From positions 15,500,001 through 15,564,000 of the forward strand of contig OZ024743.1 of NCBI GenBank assembly GCA_964016885.1: DNA of 64,000 nt. The letters run 5' to 3'. Positions 37,406 to 50,125 of this stretch are shown one piece after another. This DNA is from Eledone cirrhosa. Its lineage: Eukaryota. Both the position numbers and the translations under genes were made by a program. The first letter of the stretch is position 1, and every line of letters starts with the position of its first letter. The notes below the pieces were generated by a model. The model made no database searches, was not told the DNA's origin, and saw only the letters and a list, made by a program, of their open reading frames with translations.

Positions 37406-38223
37406 ATATACACATATGCATCACCATCGTCCTCCACCGCTGCCTCCTCATCCTCAACATCATCATCTTTAACGTCTATTTTCCATATATATATATATAT
37501 ATATATACACATATGTATATGTATATATATACCGATAATCAGTATTGATTGATCTTTAGCGTGCGATGGTCGTCAGCCATCCCGTCTAATTGGATATTGT
37601 TTACTGGCACATTATCAAAGAAGGAAGAAGGAAAATACCTCAATTTTATGTTATAAAAACATTTTTTATATAGGAGCAATTACAGAATATATTCAAATAC
37701 TTTAGTGCTCCTAGGTTGGGATATATTTAAGTCGTCGTATACTGCCGCATGGTGTGATGACATCATTTGGATCACTGCATAGAGATAGCACGTCTATGCT
37801 CCCTGAGGAGATCATCGTTTAATAAATATTGTTTCAGCTACTGACGTCAGAAAGTGATGTCAGCACTAAGGGCAGTTAATCGACTGCCTTCACAGTCGAC
37901 GCCAGATGGCGTGATCTTCTACAGATCCAGATAATCGATCAATAATAGTAAATCACGTGTAAGCACTCGACATCACGAATGCCATAGGTTATTACGTAGA
38001 TAAGTATCAATATTCAGAAAAGAGAGGGTATCATATATTAAATATCAGTTTATTTCATTATAGCATTACATTATGTACATTTCAAACCATCAAAATGTCA
38101 TTATTCAACAGTTATTCAATGCGTTACCATCAGAGAGGGGCTCAAATGTAAATAAAAATAAAGCTTGTTTATGTATTCGATATGCCTTCCATATATTACA
38201 TACAAATGCATACATACACACAC

Positions 38224-38263
<40 letters not shown>

Positions 38264-38799
38264 GGGAATGGGAGATAAATGAATGTATGATTGTATCATC
38301 ATAATAGATAAAATTCCTATGTTAGCCCAAGATGTCAGTTGCACACACACATACACAATACAGTTATGACTAAAAATAGGAATGTACAATGATGTGAAAA
38401 TGTCTACAAACAATTCGATTAAATGGATCCCACAGCTTCCATTGAAATATTTGTGTCAGTTGCGTAAATGCGGCCAACAAATTATATTATACAGACATGT
38501 ATCAAAAGAGAGTGTTTTATGTTTGCAATAAATTCTATTTCATAACAGAAACCTGTCATTTGATTTCTAAATATTCAACAGTAAGTGTCTAAAAGAACAG
38601 TGTGTTCAATTAATATTCAATGTTTGACAAAGAATAACGTTATAAGCGTTGGGAATATAGAGGATGATTTTATGTGTTATGCAAGCAAAAACATAATTCC
38701 AACGTACATTTGTTACATTTTCTATTTGAAACAATATAGTTTTGATACTTTACATCCTACCAGTTTTGTTATATGGTCTTGACTGTGTTAATTGGACGA

Positions 38800-39175
38800 C
38801 AATGTCACTTCATTAGCTCTCTACATTCCAGAGCCACACCATGAGACTTATGACTGGCAAGCGGCTCAGTGACCTGCTCAACATTACCAAACTTAGACCA
38901 ATTGCATACATTGCCAAGTCAAGAGTACTCAAACTATACGGTCATATAAAAAGACCAGCTTGTGGTGTGAGTAAGCTATGCCTGGAAGGAAGGTTGGCTA
39001 GTAAGAGAATCAGAGGCCAGCAGCTAAATCAATGGCTTTACAATGTCAACTTATGGACTGGACTTAATCTTTGCTCTTCGAACTATGCTGCTGGTGATCG
39101 AACTTTGTGGAAAGTGATATCACATGTTAATGCGCAGTCTGTACTGGCGGAGTTTAGCAAACACAAGAAGAATAA
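38800..39175 (+). mobile_element. RTE-like LINE ORF C-terminal fragment
   Basis: LKLYGHIKR..LEGRLASKRIRG..W..NV..WTGL..AGDRTLWK is typical of an RTE C-terminus. Confidence 0.75.
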
Positions 39176-39613
39176 ATAATCTTCAAAATGTGTAAATATG
39201 TTCATTCAAAAGCAAATAAGCAATAAGTGGACGAGTAAATGTAATATACATTAACAAGGATGCTAGACTAGCCTTTACTAGTTAAGTAAACGACTATATT
39301 TTGAAATGAAACAAGCTGGAAACAGATCTATTGTATGTGCACTTTCACCGATTACGTTCTGTTATATATGAATGAAAACAAAGAAATAATTTTCAAAATG
39401 TGGTCTATATTTGTATTAACTACTTACAACTAACTATTACTATCTGCAATATCTACACGAAATGTTATTGCTATGTTCCGATATGAGTGGGAATATATTT
39501 CTGTTGTCTTTGACTTCTGTGTAACTGATTCAATATTGTAAATAGAATGTCTCTCAGCATTCGTATGGCATGATGAATAGAAATGGAACATCTGTGCTGA
39601 TAACAATATGAGA

Positions 39614-40601
39614 TATGATGATCTCGAACATGATGAATACAATATAAATGGTCACAGACATGAAACTAGTGTTAAAATATTTATTTTTCAAATTGTTCCA
39701 AAATTTAAAATTATAGCACAGATTGTTTCCTATTATATTTCAAGGCTGACCAGAGCATTTGAATTTATACATTACTACCAGCAGTACCCAGCGTTGCCTG
39801 GGTAGGTAAAATAATATCTGCTTTGATGAAAGGGTGTTGATCTTAGCGACTGCTTCTCGGCGACTCATCTATGGCCACACACAGGCCATGCGGGGAAGGG
39901 TGGTGATGACCTCTATCACTGAGAAACGCGGGTGACTGACAAAGGGGCATGCTGGGGGAGGGAGTTTAGAATTTGAATGAAATCGGTTGAAAAATGTGGC
40001 ACCTAGAGACGTAAAGACGGAAATTTGAGCGAAAAGGTGGTATTTTCGAATATGTATGCGGCTGCCACGCCGTTCCTGAACAAAAAATCCAAAACGTACA
40101 GTCACTTTAAGACGTAGAATAATCAGATCTAGCGTAGTGTAAAATTTGAATAAAGTAGGTTGATTAATGTGGGAGCTAGAGTCGAAAAAGTGGAAATTTT
40201 AGTCTAAAAGTGATATTTTTTAATATTTAAGCGGCTGCACCGCCGTTACTGAACAACAAATACAAATTATAAAGCGATTGCAGGATGTACAATCATAAAT
40301 TCTATTTGGCTTTAAAATTTGAACGAAATTGGTGGCGAAATCTGGGAGCTAGAGCCAAAAATCTTATTTTTCGATACCTATGATGATCTCGAACATGATG
40401 AATACAATATAAATGGTCACAGACATGAAACTAGTGTTAAAATATTTATTTTTCAAATTGTTCCAAAATTTAAAATTATAGCACAGATTGTTTCCTATTA
40501 TATTTCAAGGCTGACCAGAGCATTTGAATTTATACATTACTACCAGCAGTACCCAGCGTTGCCTGGGTAGGTAAAATAATATCTGCTTTGATGAAAGGGT
40601 G
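39614..40601 (+). repeat. 223-bp exact direct repeat pair (39614-39836 and 40379-40601)
   Basis: Identical by eye; both copies yield the same translated peptide in the ORF track. Confidence 0.95.
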
Positions 40602-40798
40602 ACCCACCCCTATCGATTTTTATCTGACGAATGACTCCGGAATAATAATAGGAAAACGATACGATGATATATAGAAAACACTCCCCGATGACTAATCTAT
40701 AAGCCTGTAAAGTTTCATGAAAATCGGTCGGAAGATGTAGGCCCCTATAGCTAATACACAGACACACACACATACTTAATTTTATATTTATACAGATT
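39777..40798 (+). mobile_element. Non-autonomous Helentron/HINE (DINE-1-like) element
   Basis: Subterminal hairpin tacccag-cgttgc-ctgggta at one end. The other end reads aagtttcatgaaaatcgg, a (CA)n tract and tttatacagat. Architecture is shared with 52934-53965. Confidence 0.65.
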
Positions 40799-40849
40799 AT
40801 CTGTGAGTGAGTGTGACTGATTATATATTATATGCAACTATAAATATTA

Positions 40850-40858
40850 ATATGTATA

Positions 40859-40954
<96 letters not shown>
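40850..40954. repeat. (TA)n microsatellite
   Basis: Directly visible. Confidence 0.97.
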
Positions 40955-40956
<2 letters not shown>

Positions 40957-41012
40957 TTTCTGAATTTGTTTAGCAAGATTCTTTATCTGAAATCGTGTGT
41001 TGAAACCGATAT

Positions 41013-41070
41013 TGTTCTCTAATTTACCCTTGTGTTCTATCTATAGAACACAAGGGTAAATTAGAGAACA
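41013..41070. repeat. Perfect palindrome, 28-bp arms, 2-nt spacer
   Basis: tgttctctaatttacccttgtgttctat-ct-atagaacacaagggtaaattagagaaca. Confidence 0.97.
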
Positions 41071-41410
41071 TAGAAATAAAAATAGAATCTACACACAGAA
41101 AAGATGCAATGTTTAGACAAATTACAGAGGCAGTAAACATAAAAGAATTACAACCAAAATTAAATAGAAAATATGAGTGGAACAGCAACATCACAACTTA
41201 CAATTAAGGACAAAATGAAAACACACACACACATAGAACAAACAACCAACCAACAACATGTAAATAAATAAACAAATAGATAAATGAACACAAACACACA
41301 CAGACACCCGGATGTGGCGCATGCGCAAACTGAGCACACAACACACACAGAGAAACAAAATGGCGTAGGACAGAAGAAAGGAAAGGCACAGAAACAAAGA
41401 AAGGAATCCC

Positions 41411-41455
41411 AGTCACTGAAGAGGTCACAGAGTGTGTGACGAAAGGACTATGATT
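41411..41455 (+). ncRNA. Minimal type I hammerhead ribozyme (Penelope-type)
   Basis: AGUCA-CUGAAGA-G-GUCACA(gagug)UGUGAC-GAAA-ggac-UA-UGAUU: intact catalytic core, perfect 6-bp stem II, 5-bp stem I with one G-U, CUA cleavage triplet. Confidence 0.75.
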
Positions 41456-41604
41456 ATATATAAACAACTATCTGGTTGTGGAACCAACCAACCAGAAATT
41501 GAAAGCAACTGGTGCGTGTGTTTCTTATTGGCAACATGACCCTCCCAAAGTATAACAATATATATATATATATACATTCATACATACATATTTATATATA
41601 TATA

Positions 41605-42447
41605 ACCTAAATTAAATTAAGGGTGTCATGTCTGAGAGACACGCACCATACCTCTGTAGACTATGCTCAAAGATTCCAATGAATAGATCCGAGCATTTGT
41701 TTCAACTAGAAATCGATTGACATATAAATATATATATATATATATATAATAACTAGAAATTGGTCAACATATATATAAATAAATATAAACATGAACAATC
41801 ACAGGAGATAATTTTTACAAGCGTGTAACCACGCATGGCTAGTAGGTAAAAAATAAATAAAGTTAACTAGAACTTCAAAAATTGATACCTTTTAATGATT
41901 AATCTTCCCTGAATATATAAATATGGCTCCTTAATTGTAGAGCTAACTCTGTTGAAAGGAATTGACTGCTATTTCTAGTTGTCGAATACCTATTCACGCC
42001 ACTGAGACGAAGCCGCTATGATGTGTAAAAACAACACGTGCTAACGGCCAGTTGAGGATTTTGACTCGAAGTGTAAACATGGATTGCTGGAATATTGTTC
42101 TTCCTTGTTGATAATCCAATAATATCCACTTTCTGTGACTTACGATCTGATTAATTGGTGAAATATATTTCTTTAATGAAATATATTCAGGGAAGATTAA
42201 TCATTAAAAGGTATCTATTTTTGAAGTTCTAGTTAACTTTATTTATTTGTTACCTACTAGCCATGCGTGGTTACACGCTTGTAAAAATTATCTCCTGTGA
42301 TTATTCATGTTTATATTTATTTATATATATGTTGATCAATTTCTAGTTATTATAAAATGCTCGCACCTACAAAGTCTTTGAGCTTATTTTCCGGGCGATA
42401 TGGCGCACGCCGTTAAGGCATGACACCCATAATTTCGATTTAGATTG
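41605..42447. repeat. Long inverted repeat; inner arms 41746-41918 and 42181-42354 nearly identical, outer arms diverged
   Basis: Reverse-complement alignment by eye gives about 173 bp with about 4 mismatches. A third, diverged direct copy lies at about 42498-42597. Confidence 0.92.
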
Positions 42448-43099
42448 AATTCATTTAATTTATCTTAATTGTGTATATATATATATATATATATATAAAA
42501 TGAAACAATCACATGGGATAATTTGTAAAGAGTGTAAGCATACATAGCTAGGTAGGTAACTAATTAAAGTTTAACTAGAACTTCAAATATAGATATATAT
42601 AATAGTGTGTCGTTAAACATGACCCTATCTACATACCAACAGGTTTCATCTGGTTGTCAGGTTATTTAAAGATTTTAGGCATCTGTGACTTGCTGTGTAG
42701 ATCTTAACTCACATGGATCGATTCATGTATGATTTGTTGTGTTGAGATGATGCCTGTGACGTCTACAATCTGACGAACACTAGTATATTGTTCGGTATTA
42801 ACATCATATACATATGATCGAGTGGCTGGTGACATATATTTATTATGTGTTTGGTCATGATAGGAATGTGTCTTTCCTTCTATTTATCGGACATCTGTTA
42901 CCGGAAGCATGTTACATCGTTGGAAGGTTCGATTATTTTGGTCTTTTGCTTAAGTGTGCATTAGTGTTTTGGATGATGTGGAGTGTGTCTGTGATGCATA
43001 AATCGCAGACTTTGGTTAAAAACCCCATGCTGATTGTCAGTCAACGGTTTTCTATATGATGTATGTGCTTAGTTGTGAATTGACCGTGTTTTTGGATAG

Positions 43100-43600
43100 C
43101 ACATTTTCCCGATTAGAGTTGCTGAATGCTCTATTTTGTAGGTGCAGACCATTGTTTGAAACTACATTGATAAGCTATAGTACTTTTCCTTGATATCATT
43201 TACATTTCATAGGGCAAACTTCCATTCTCAATCAATTGCATGCTGTTTATGGTATTACTTTAGTTGTATTATTCCTGAATTTTACCTCTTTATGACGCTA
43301 TTCATATTAAACGAACAGCTGAATATCAGCTTTATTGCGTTACTGTTGAACATTTCGAAGTTTTTATCCACTTTAGAAGGGTTTGCTGCAGAGTAAGTCG
43401 GAAGTCTTGCAATATATTTCTTGTTTTTGAGCTGCAGCTGAATGGAGAGTTGCACCAATTAAAATCGTGTGTTTTTTTGTTGCGTGACCAATTATTTGTC
43501 TCATCGGTATTGAATTTTGTCTTGACAGTGGATAAGTAGGAGTATCTAGTTGCAGTATTCAGTGACTTTGTTGAAAATGAGGAGGTTAGCATTTTACTGT
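43100..43600 (-). mobile_element. Penelope-like element fragment (RT-to-GIY-YIG linker), degenerate
   Basis: NWCNSPFSCSSKT, NAIKLIFSCSFNM and ACN*LRMEVCPM resemble the PLE motifs WFNPPFS..VKT, KVSYSCMPNM and CNCR...CPL. Confidence 0.65.
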
Positions 43601-43744
43601 GCGTAGGTGTGTCTGTGTATGTATGTATGTATATACTGGTGAATGTATAGATGTTTGTATGCATACATGTACATATTTGTATATATGTAAGGTTGTACGT
43701 ATCCCTAAATGAGTGTATGTATGTATCTACTTCACTTCAGTTTT

Positions 43745-43810
43745 CCAGACGAAACGATGAAATAGTGCACCTGAGCACTGTACACAATATTTTCATTATT
43801 ATTATTATAA
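43745..43810 (+). mobile_element. CR1/L2-like LINE 3' tail remnant
   Basis: gtgcacctgagcactgtacacaata..(att)n matches 48755-48800. Confidence 0.7.
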
Positions 43811-43919
43811 TGAGTGACGAAATAGATCTTAACGCACGTGCGGAAACATTTACATTCAATCACTTTGATTTCAGTGAAGTGAATTAATACCTATATACGT
43901 ACATAGTTGTTTACACACA

Positions 43920-44034
43920 TCCACAGCCATCCATCCATTCATTCATCTATCCATCCATCCATACATGCATACATACATACATACATACATACATACATAC
44001 ATACATACATACATACATACATACATACATACAT
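43920..44034. repeat. (CCAT)n/(ACAT)n microsatellite
   Basis: Directly visible. Confidence 0.95.
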
Positions 44035-44579
44035 GATGATGGCTGCTCCCTCGTTATCACGTATAGCCATTGCACGATATAACATTATTAATAATTATCA
44101 ATTAATGCTATCGTGCAATGCATGTGCGTGAAGATGTTTTTTATAGTGAGGAAAGACTGTGCACTGAGCCAATCCCACTCTCAGAGTGACATTCATACAT
44201 AGTGGAAACCATCTTGCGTCCAACTACGGCCAATTCTTAAACAAAAAACCACAAAAATCTGCTAATGGCAAAAACATGCTATTGATGTTGTTGTCGTTGA
44301 TGTTGCTTTAGATGGCCAATCAAACGAAGAAATGACTTAGATTTCATACTATACAATGTGCAGGCGATTTTGCACTCTGTACGAGTTTGATTGGTGTGGT
44401 ATACTTTATGGTGTTGTGTTAGACCACCTGTAAAATGATACTCTTTGGTACTGATACCACATACAAAATCAATATTGATGGGATATTGAGTAGTAAAGAG
44501 TGCGTAAACAATAGAGCAGAAAATAGGTATCAATTGAATAATGCTAAACAAATTAGTGCTTCACATTCCCGAACAGGTG

Positions 44580-46120
44580 AGAAAGAAAAGAATAAACGAG
44601 TGACTAAATTAGTGAGAAACGTCTGTTAGGAAATAGCTGAGGGTTACATTAGTGTGGAGGAAAGAAAATGAGCAAATCTGGGAGTCAGAAAATGGAGGAG
44701 TAAATGAATTAGAAAGTAAAGGATTGAGCAATAAAATAAGTGAGACAACAAAGGAGCTGGTAAATTGATGAATGGCCAAGTAAAAGATTACAGAAGCGAG
44801 GGAGTGGGGTAATGAATATTCGTATTAGTGGAAGAATGAAGCTTTCAGTTATAGAAACAATGAGCAAGGCTCGGAATGAGAAAGGGAAGGCGTGATGGAA
44901 TGAGTAATTGATTTGGTGGAACGTTTAATGAGTATGGTGTTGTGTATGGGTCTAATAAGCATTTAAAGCAAAATAAGAGTTAATATGTAATCGATTCGTT
45001 GGATGGATGAGTAACAGAATGAGTACTGAAATGAAAAAAATATATTCATTAGATGAATAAATCAGAAAAACAGAGACTAATTCAATAGGTAAAACAGCGA
45101 TAAAGTGAGGTAATAACTGAACAACTTTCGTAGTGAATGAAAGAATGGGTAAGTGATGAGGAAGTGCTTAGAATAGAAGGTAAATAATGAGGACGTGAAC
45201 AAGAGAAAAAACATCTGGATAATATGTCAATGGTAATAAGCGAACATATGAATAAGAAAGCAGAAAACAGAATAAAACAGTAGGTAAATGAGTGGGCTTA
45301 TGTAGCCATAACTCCTAATTGGACCGTACGGGTACCGTAGTGACATACTGTGAGCCTTGTCCATTTTAAATCTAGTAGAGCACATCTATTTATCATGTCT
45401 CAACACAGCCAATTTCTTATAAAGAAAAAGAGAGAGAGGGAGAAAGAGACATTGATAAAGACGAGATAAAGATATATAGGCCCCCTGGTACTTTTTTATC
45501 GACCTCGGATGGATGAAAGCAAAGTTGACCTCAAGAATATGAGCCGAAAGGAATGTCTCCAAACATTTTATCTGACAACCTAACGAGTCTGCTTCTTCAA
45601 CACGAGTGAATGAATAAAAAAGAAAAGTGGTTCATTGGTGTAGTTCAACGAGTAATTGAAGAGATAAGATAATGAATATTTGAGCACAGGATATAATTAA
45701 TGAATGAGTGATTGGCTGAAAAAATAATTTAGTGCATGAATGATTGAATGGATGGATAAGGGAGTGAATGCTCATATGTATAGGTGAATGTGTAGATATA
45801 TGTTAGCATAAGTGTTTGTGTGAATAGATAGGTGGGTAAGACGCTGACTGCGTGTGTGAATGTATGAGATAATATATGTATGAATGACTGAGTATGCGAA
45901 TGAGGGATTTAATGAATGGGCAGCAAATTGAATAAGTGACTGAGTGAGTCAGTAAGTGAGCGGGTTAACAACTTAGCAAATGAGTAAGTGCGTGTGTGTA
46001 TGATTGGACAACAAATTAATCACTGATATACTTGTTGCGAGAGTAAGTAAATGACTTTGAAGTGAATAGGTGAAAGAGCAAGTAAGTCAGTAAATGAACA
46101 CAAGACTGAGCGAGTTTAGA
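44580..46120. repeat. Old purine-biased low-complexity tract (TGAA/TGAG-like units)
   Basis: Strong G/A over C skew with recurring gaatga/gagtaa words. Confidence 0.55.
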
Positions 46121-46639
46121 AATGAGAAGGAATTTTACACAGGAAATATGTTTGGCATTTTCGGGAAGTAAAGTGTCTTGATATATTTTTCTTTCTTTTA
46201 CTTTCTTGTGATGCATGCAATTACGCGTTTTTATGCTTCAAGTTCAATGTTACATTATGGAATGTCAACTATTCTTTCTTTTATCGTTCATCAACTCGAC
46301 CACTAGCTGCTTGCCAAAATCTTATGTGTAATGTAAATGTATTCAATGCGTTCTCGTATCTAAGTATGTGCATATATAAATGTATGCATATATGTGCACA
46401 TAGATGTACACATCACATATACACATATCCACATAAAATAGAATTATTTTATCCCTTTAGTTTATCTTGTTTGTTTTTCGTTCATATTATTTTTTTCTTT
46501 TTGCTTTTCTTCCTCCTGAACTTTCAACATCTATGTCTGTTAGCTGATGAAATTACCCATGGCTTTTAATGCAAGATGTTCAGCGTGGGGTAGTTTGGTG
46601 GGGAGTGATTTTCTTTTGCTTCCTTGTTATATAAAGTAT

Positions 46640-46657
46640 TATATATATACATATATA

Positions 46658-46746
<89 letters not shown>

Positions 46747-46773
46747 GTGTGTATGTGTGTATATATATATATA

Positions 46774-46834
<61 letters not shown>

Positions 46835-46880
46835 ATATATATATGTGGGGTTTACATAAGTATATATATATATATATATA
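46640..46880. repeat. Alternating (TA)n/(TG)n microsatellite
   Basis: Directly visible. Confidence 0.97.
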
Positions 46881-47738
46881 CATTCAGAGAGAGTGATAGG
46901 CAGAATACACGTTTATATGTATGATTTTCCTTATGGTATATTGAGTCTACTCTTTACTATTTTTGTCCTGACTAATTTTATTTTATAAACGCCCCACCAC
47001 TACACATCTATACACGAAAACTATGCTTATCTATTTATCTTTCACCTTTTCTCTCAGCTTGATTTAATTTCTGCAATAGTGGGTGAATTGACATTCTAGA
47101 AAGAAAGGAATAACATTATTTTCATTTCCCTTCGAGCAAGGTTTTAGCTAGGTCTTCAGCTACAAAACTGCATTCATTTTCGACTTACTATCAGGCTAAT
47201 TTATCAAGTCCTCAACAGACGTGTAATACTGTTAATTTCCAAACGTATATAACCCCTAAATGTTGCTTCGCATACAATACCAATTTGCAACTAACACATT
47301 GTATTTATTTATTTATTTTTGTTGTTGTTTCGGTGATATATTTAATATATTAATAAAGTAATTTAACTGCTAAGAATTGGATATTTCTAGTTTTTACAGT
47401 TGCAGGCTATTGATTTATGCCAAATATCTCAAAGGCACTGTTTAATTATTCTCGAAATATTCATATTCTGAGTTGAAGAAATTACATATATTTCGAGGTT
47501 TTAAACATTTCACAGTGAAATTTCTAAACGTTTTTTTCAATTTATAGATTTTAAGAAATGCTTCAATCTCTATATTAAAAGTCTGGGCGACATTCTACAT
47601 ATTTCAAGAGTTATTTGCTCTTTCAGTAGGAGTTTCCAGACCATTGAAACTGTCAATGTATACAAATGTTGCTTGCTCACAAACAAAACCACATTCTCTC
47701 TCAAACAGACACGCACGCACACACAAGTATCTATTTCC

Positions 47739-47792
<54 letters not shown>

Positions 47793-48170
47793 GCATATAT
47801 ATATATATATATATATATATCTGTGTGTGTGTGTGTATTAACATGGCCATTTGGGGATACTATTGGTATTTAGCTGATATACTTTTCTTCGGATGAAACT
47901 CCAAATAGGCCTGAAATCTGGTTAAATGTGTGTATCAGTTTTTTCAGTTTACAAGAAAATACATATATTTGACATGTTTATATACTAAAGAGTGTGTACA
48001 TTTATGTACACATTTACACAGTTGAGGTTACATGTTATCTGTATTTATACATATACAACTTCATCAAATACTCCGGTTGTTTAGAGCACAATTTAATTAA
48101 CTATCAACAATTTGCATATTAGTGTGTCAATATCATGACACCACTATAAGTGATAGAGATTACGTGTTTA

Positions 48171-48800
48171 GAATGGTAGATGCCTTATGGAGGTTTTTCG
48201 CTTGGTTGCGTGTCTCTGAACAGTTTCCAAGAGGTCAATATTCTCAGCAGAATATTGACCTCCTGGAAACTGTTCAGCGACGTGCAAACCAAGCGAATAC
48301 CCTCCATAAGGCATCTACCATACTCTGAAAGCCTAACTTCCTTGGGCATGGATACATTGAAACTCCGATGTCTGGCAACTGACTTGGTAAACACCCACAA
48401 CATTATTAACCATCTTGTCAACAACAACCCTGAGCATTTTTTTCAATTCCATATGTCCAACACCCGTGGGCATGCCTACAAAGTTAGAAAACAGCACAGC
48501 TCCCATGACATTTGGAAACATATTTATACGCTCAGAGTTGCTGAAGCATGGAACAAACTACTTGCTTTGATTGTTAGCTGTCGGGCCACTACATCCTTCA
48601 AAACCTCCATCCTTCCCGAATTTCGCCAACACAACACCTGATATTCCGCTCATGTATATAGCTGTGTGTATATCATACCTTATACACTGTTCATTTTCTT
48701 GACTTTTGTACATTATTCTATGTACTATACATGCACCACCTTTGATGTGTTGTAGTGCACCTGAACACTGTACACAATAATTTCATTATTATTATTATTA
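48171..48800 (+). mobile_element. CR1/L2-like LINE 3' end with inverted duplication at its 5' junction
   Basis: IDLLETVQRRA..LPYSESL..NTRGHAYKV..RVAEAWNKL motifs and an (ATT)n tail; 48171-48244 is the reverse complement of 48249-48324. Confidence 0.88.
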
Positions 48801-48989
48801 TGATAAACTCGTCTTCTAATAAAAGCCCAAATAGTCTTGCAAATCAATTAAATGCGTTGATACTCGAAGTATTTTGTCCTCCGCACCGTGTGTTTCAGTT
48901 TTCTAATGTCAATGTTCACTATTCATTACAGGTTCTACTTGCTCTACCTATTCCACGCCTTTTGACTGCTGATATTTCTCTGCACTGTA

Positions 48990-49320
48990 TATAGCTCTCA
49001 GCGTCGATACATATCTGATGTCTATACCAATGTAGTCTTCTCTCTTGCACACAACATCCTATGAAGAATGTACTCTTATAGATTTTTCTTAATTCGTTTA
49101 TACTACATCATTCATAATTGACACCTTAGGTAGTAAAAGCTGTCGTCATCTTCCGGCGATCCTCTTCGGAAACTTTGAGAATATCTTTCAGCTGTGCTTT
49201 TAGTGTTTATTTCCCCTATGCTTCTATCGCATACAAAATGTATCTTCTCATTTAACTTGCCTGTAATCCCACTACATCGTTTTGTGGATCCCGAACTGCA
49301 CTGGAAATTTACCACTGGGT
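48990..49320 (-). mobile_element. Degenerate RTE fragment
   Basis: KRCSGITGKLNEKIHFVCDRS..DSFYYL is paralogous to the 10656-12995 ORF. Confidence 0.75.
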
Positions 49321-49755
49321 ACTTAAATGTATGTATATATGTGTATGTGTGTGTATATATATATGTATATGTTAGTGTTTATTGCCGTCTTGCTTCCGTA
49401 TGACTCCCTTCCCTCACAGGACTTAATCGGTGACAGATTTCTCAGATGGGCCGTGACCTCATATCGCTTACTTACGATCCAACGCTCTATAGAAGGCACT
49501 GTGCATTTAGCCATGCCAATAGCACTAGCGAGGTTGCCATGTCCTTGAAACAAATAAAGAGTACTTTCCAACAGTTTTTGGCATGGTTTACACAGATGGA
49601 TTCGCTTCCTATCACCAGCAACCTTCCAAGGCATTGTTCATCTTAGGACTATAGTAGAAGACACAAGGGTCATATGTGTGCAGAACGATCCACTTAACTA
49701 CATAGGCAAGCATGTTTTTACACACACCCTTACCCACCCACACACACGCACACAC

Positions 49756-49832
<77 letters not shown>

Positions 49833-49940
49833 GGAGATTGTTGAATACGATTGATTTCGGGAACAGGATGTGAATACTGACGTAATATACTTTTCAGAAA
49901 ATTAATGTATTTTGTTTTCTCTCGTTTATTTAACAAAAAT

Positions 49941-50125
49941 AATTGTTTCTACTTTTGGCACAAGGCCAGTAATTACTCAGTACATTACTGGTACTTCATT
50001 TTATCGACCCCGTAAGGATGAAAGGCAAAGTTAACCTCGGCGGGATTTGAACTCAGAATGGCAAGGGCCGTAACTCTATGTGTCAAAGCATGGCGTCCGA
50101 CGCCTCTACCGATACTGCCAATCCA
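49941..50125 (-). mobile_element. SINE family A
   Basis: High similarity to the reverse complement of 34208-34388. Confidence 0.92.

Noticed and set aside
37754-37845. C/D box snoRNA (GTGATGA...CTGA)
   Set aside because: No terminal stem or recognisable rRNA antisense element; kept only as part of the hairpin-cluster finding.
39614-40601. LTR pair of a TRIM or mini LTR retrotransposon
   Set aside because: No TG...CA termini, primer-binding site, polypurine tract or target-site duplication; the repeat straddles a Helentron-like terminus.
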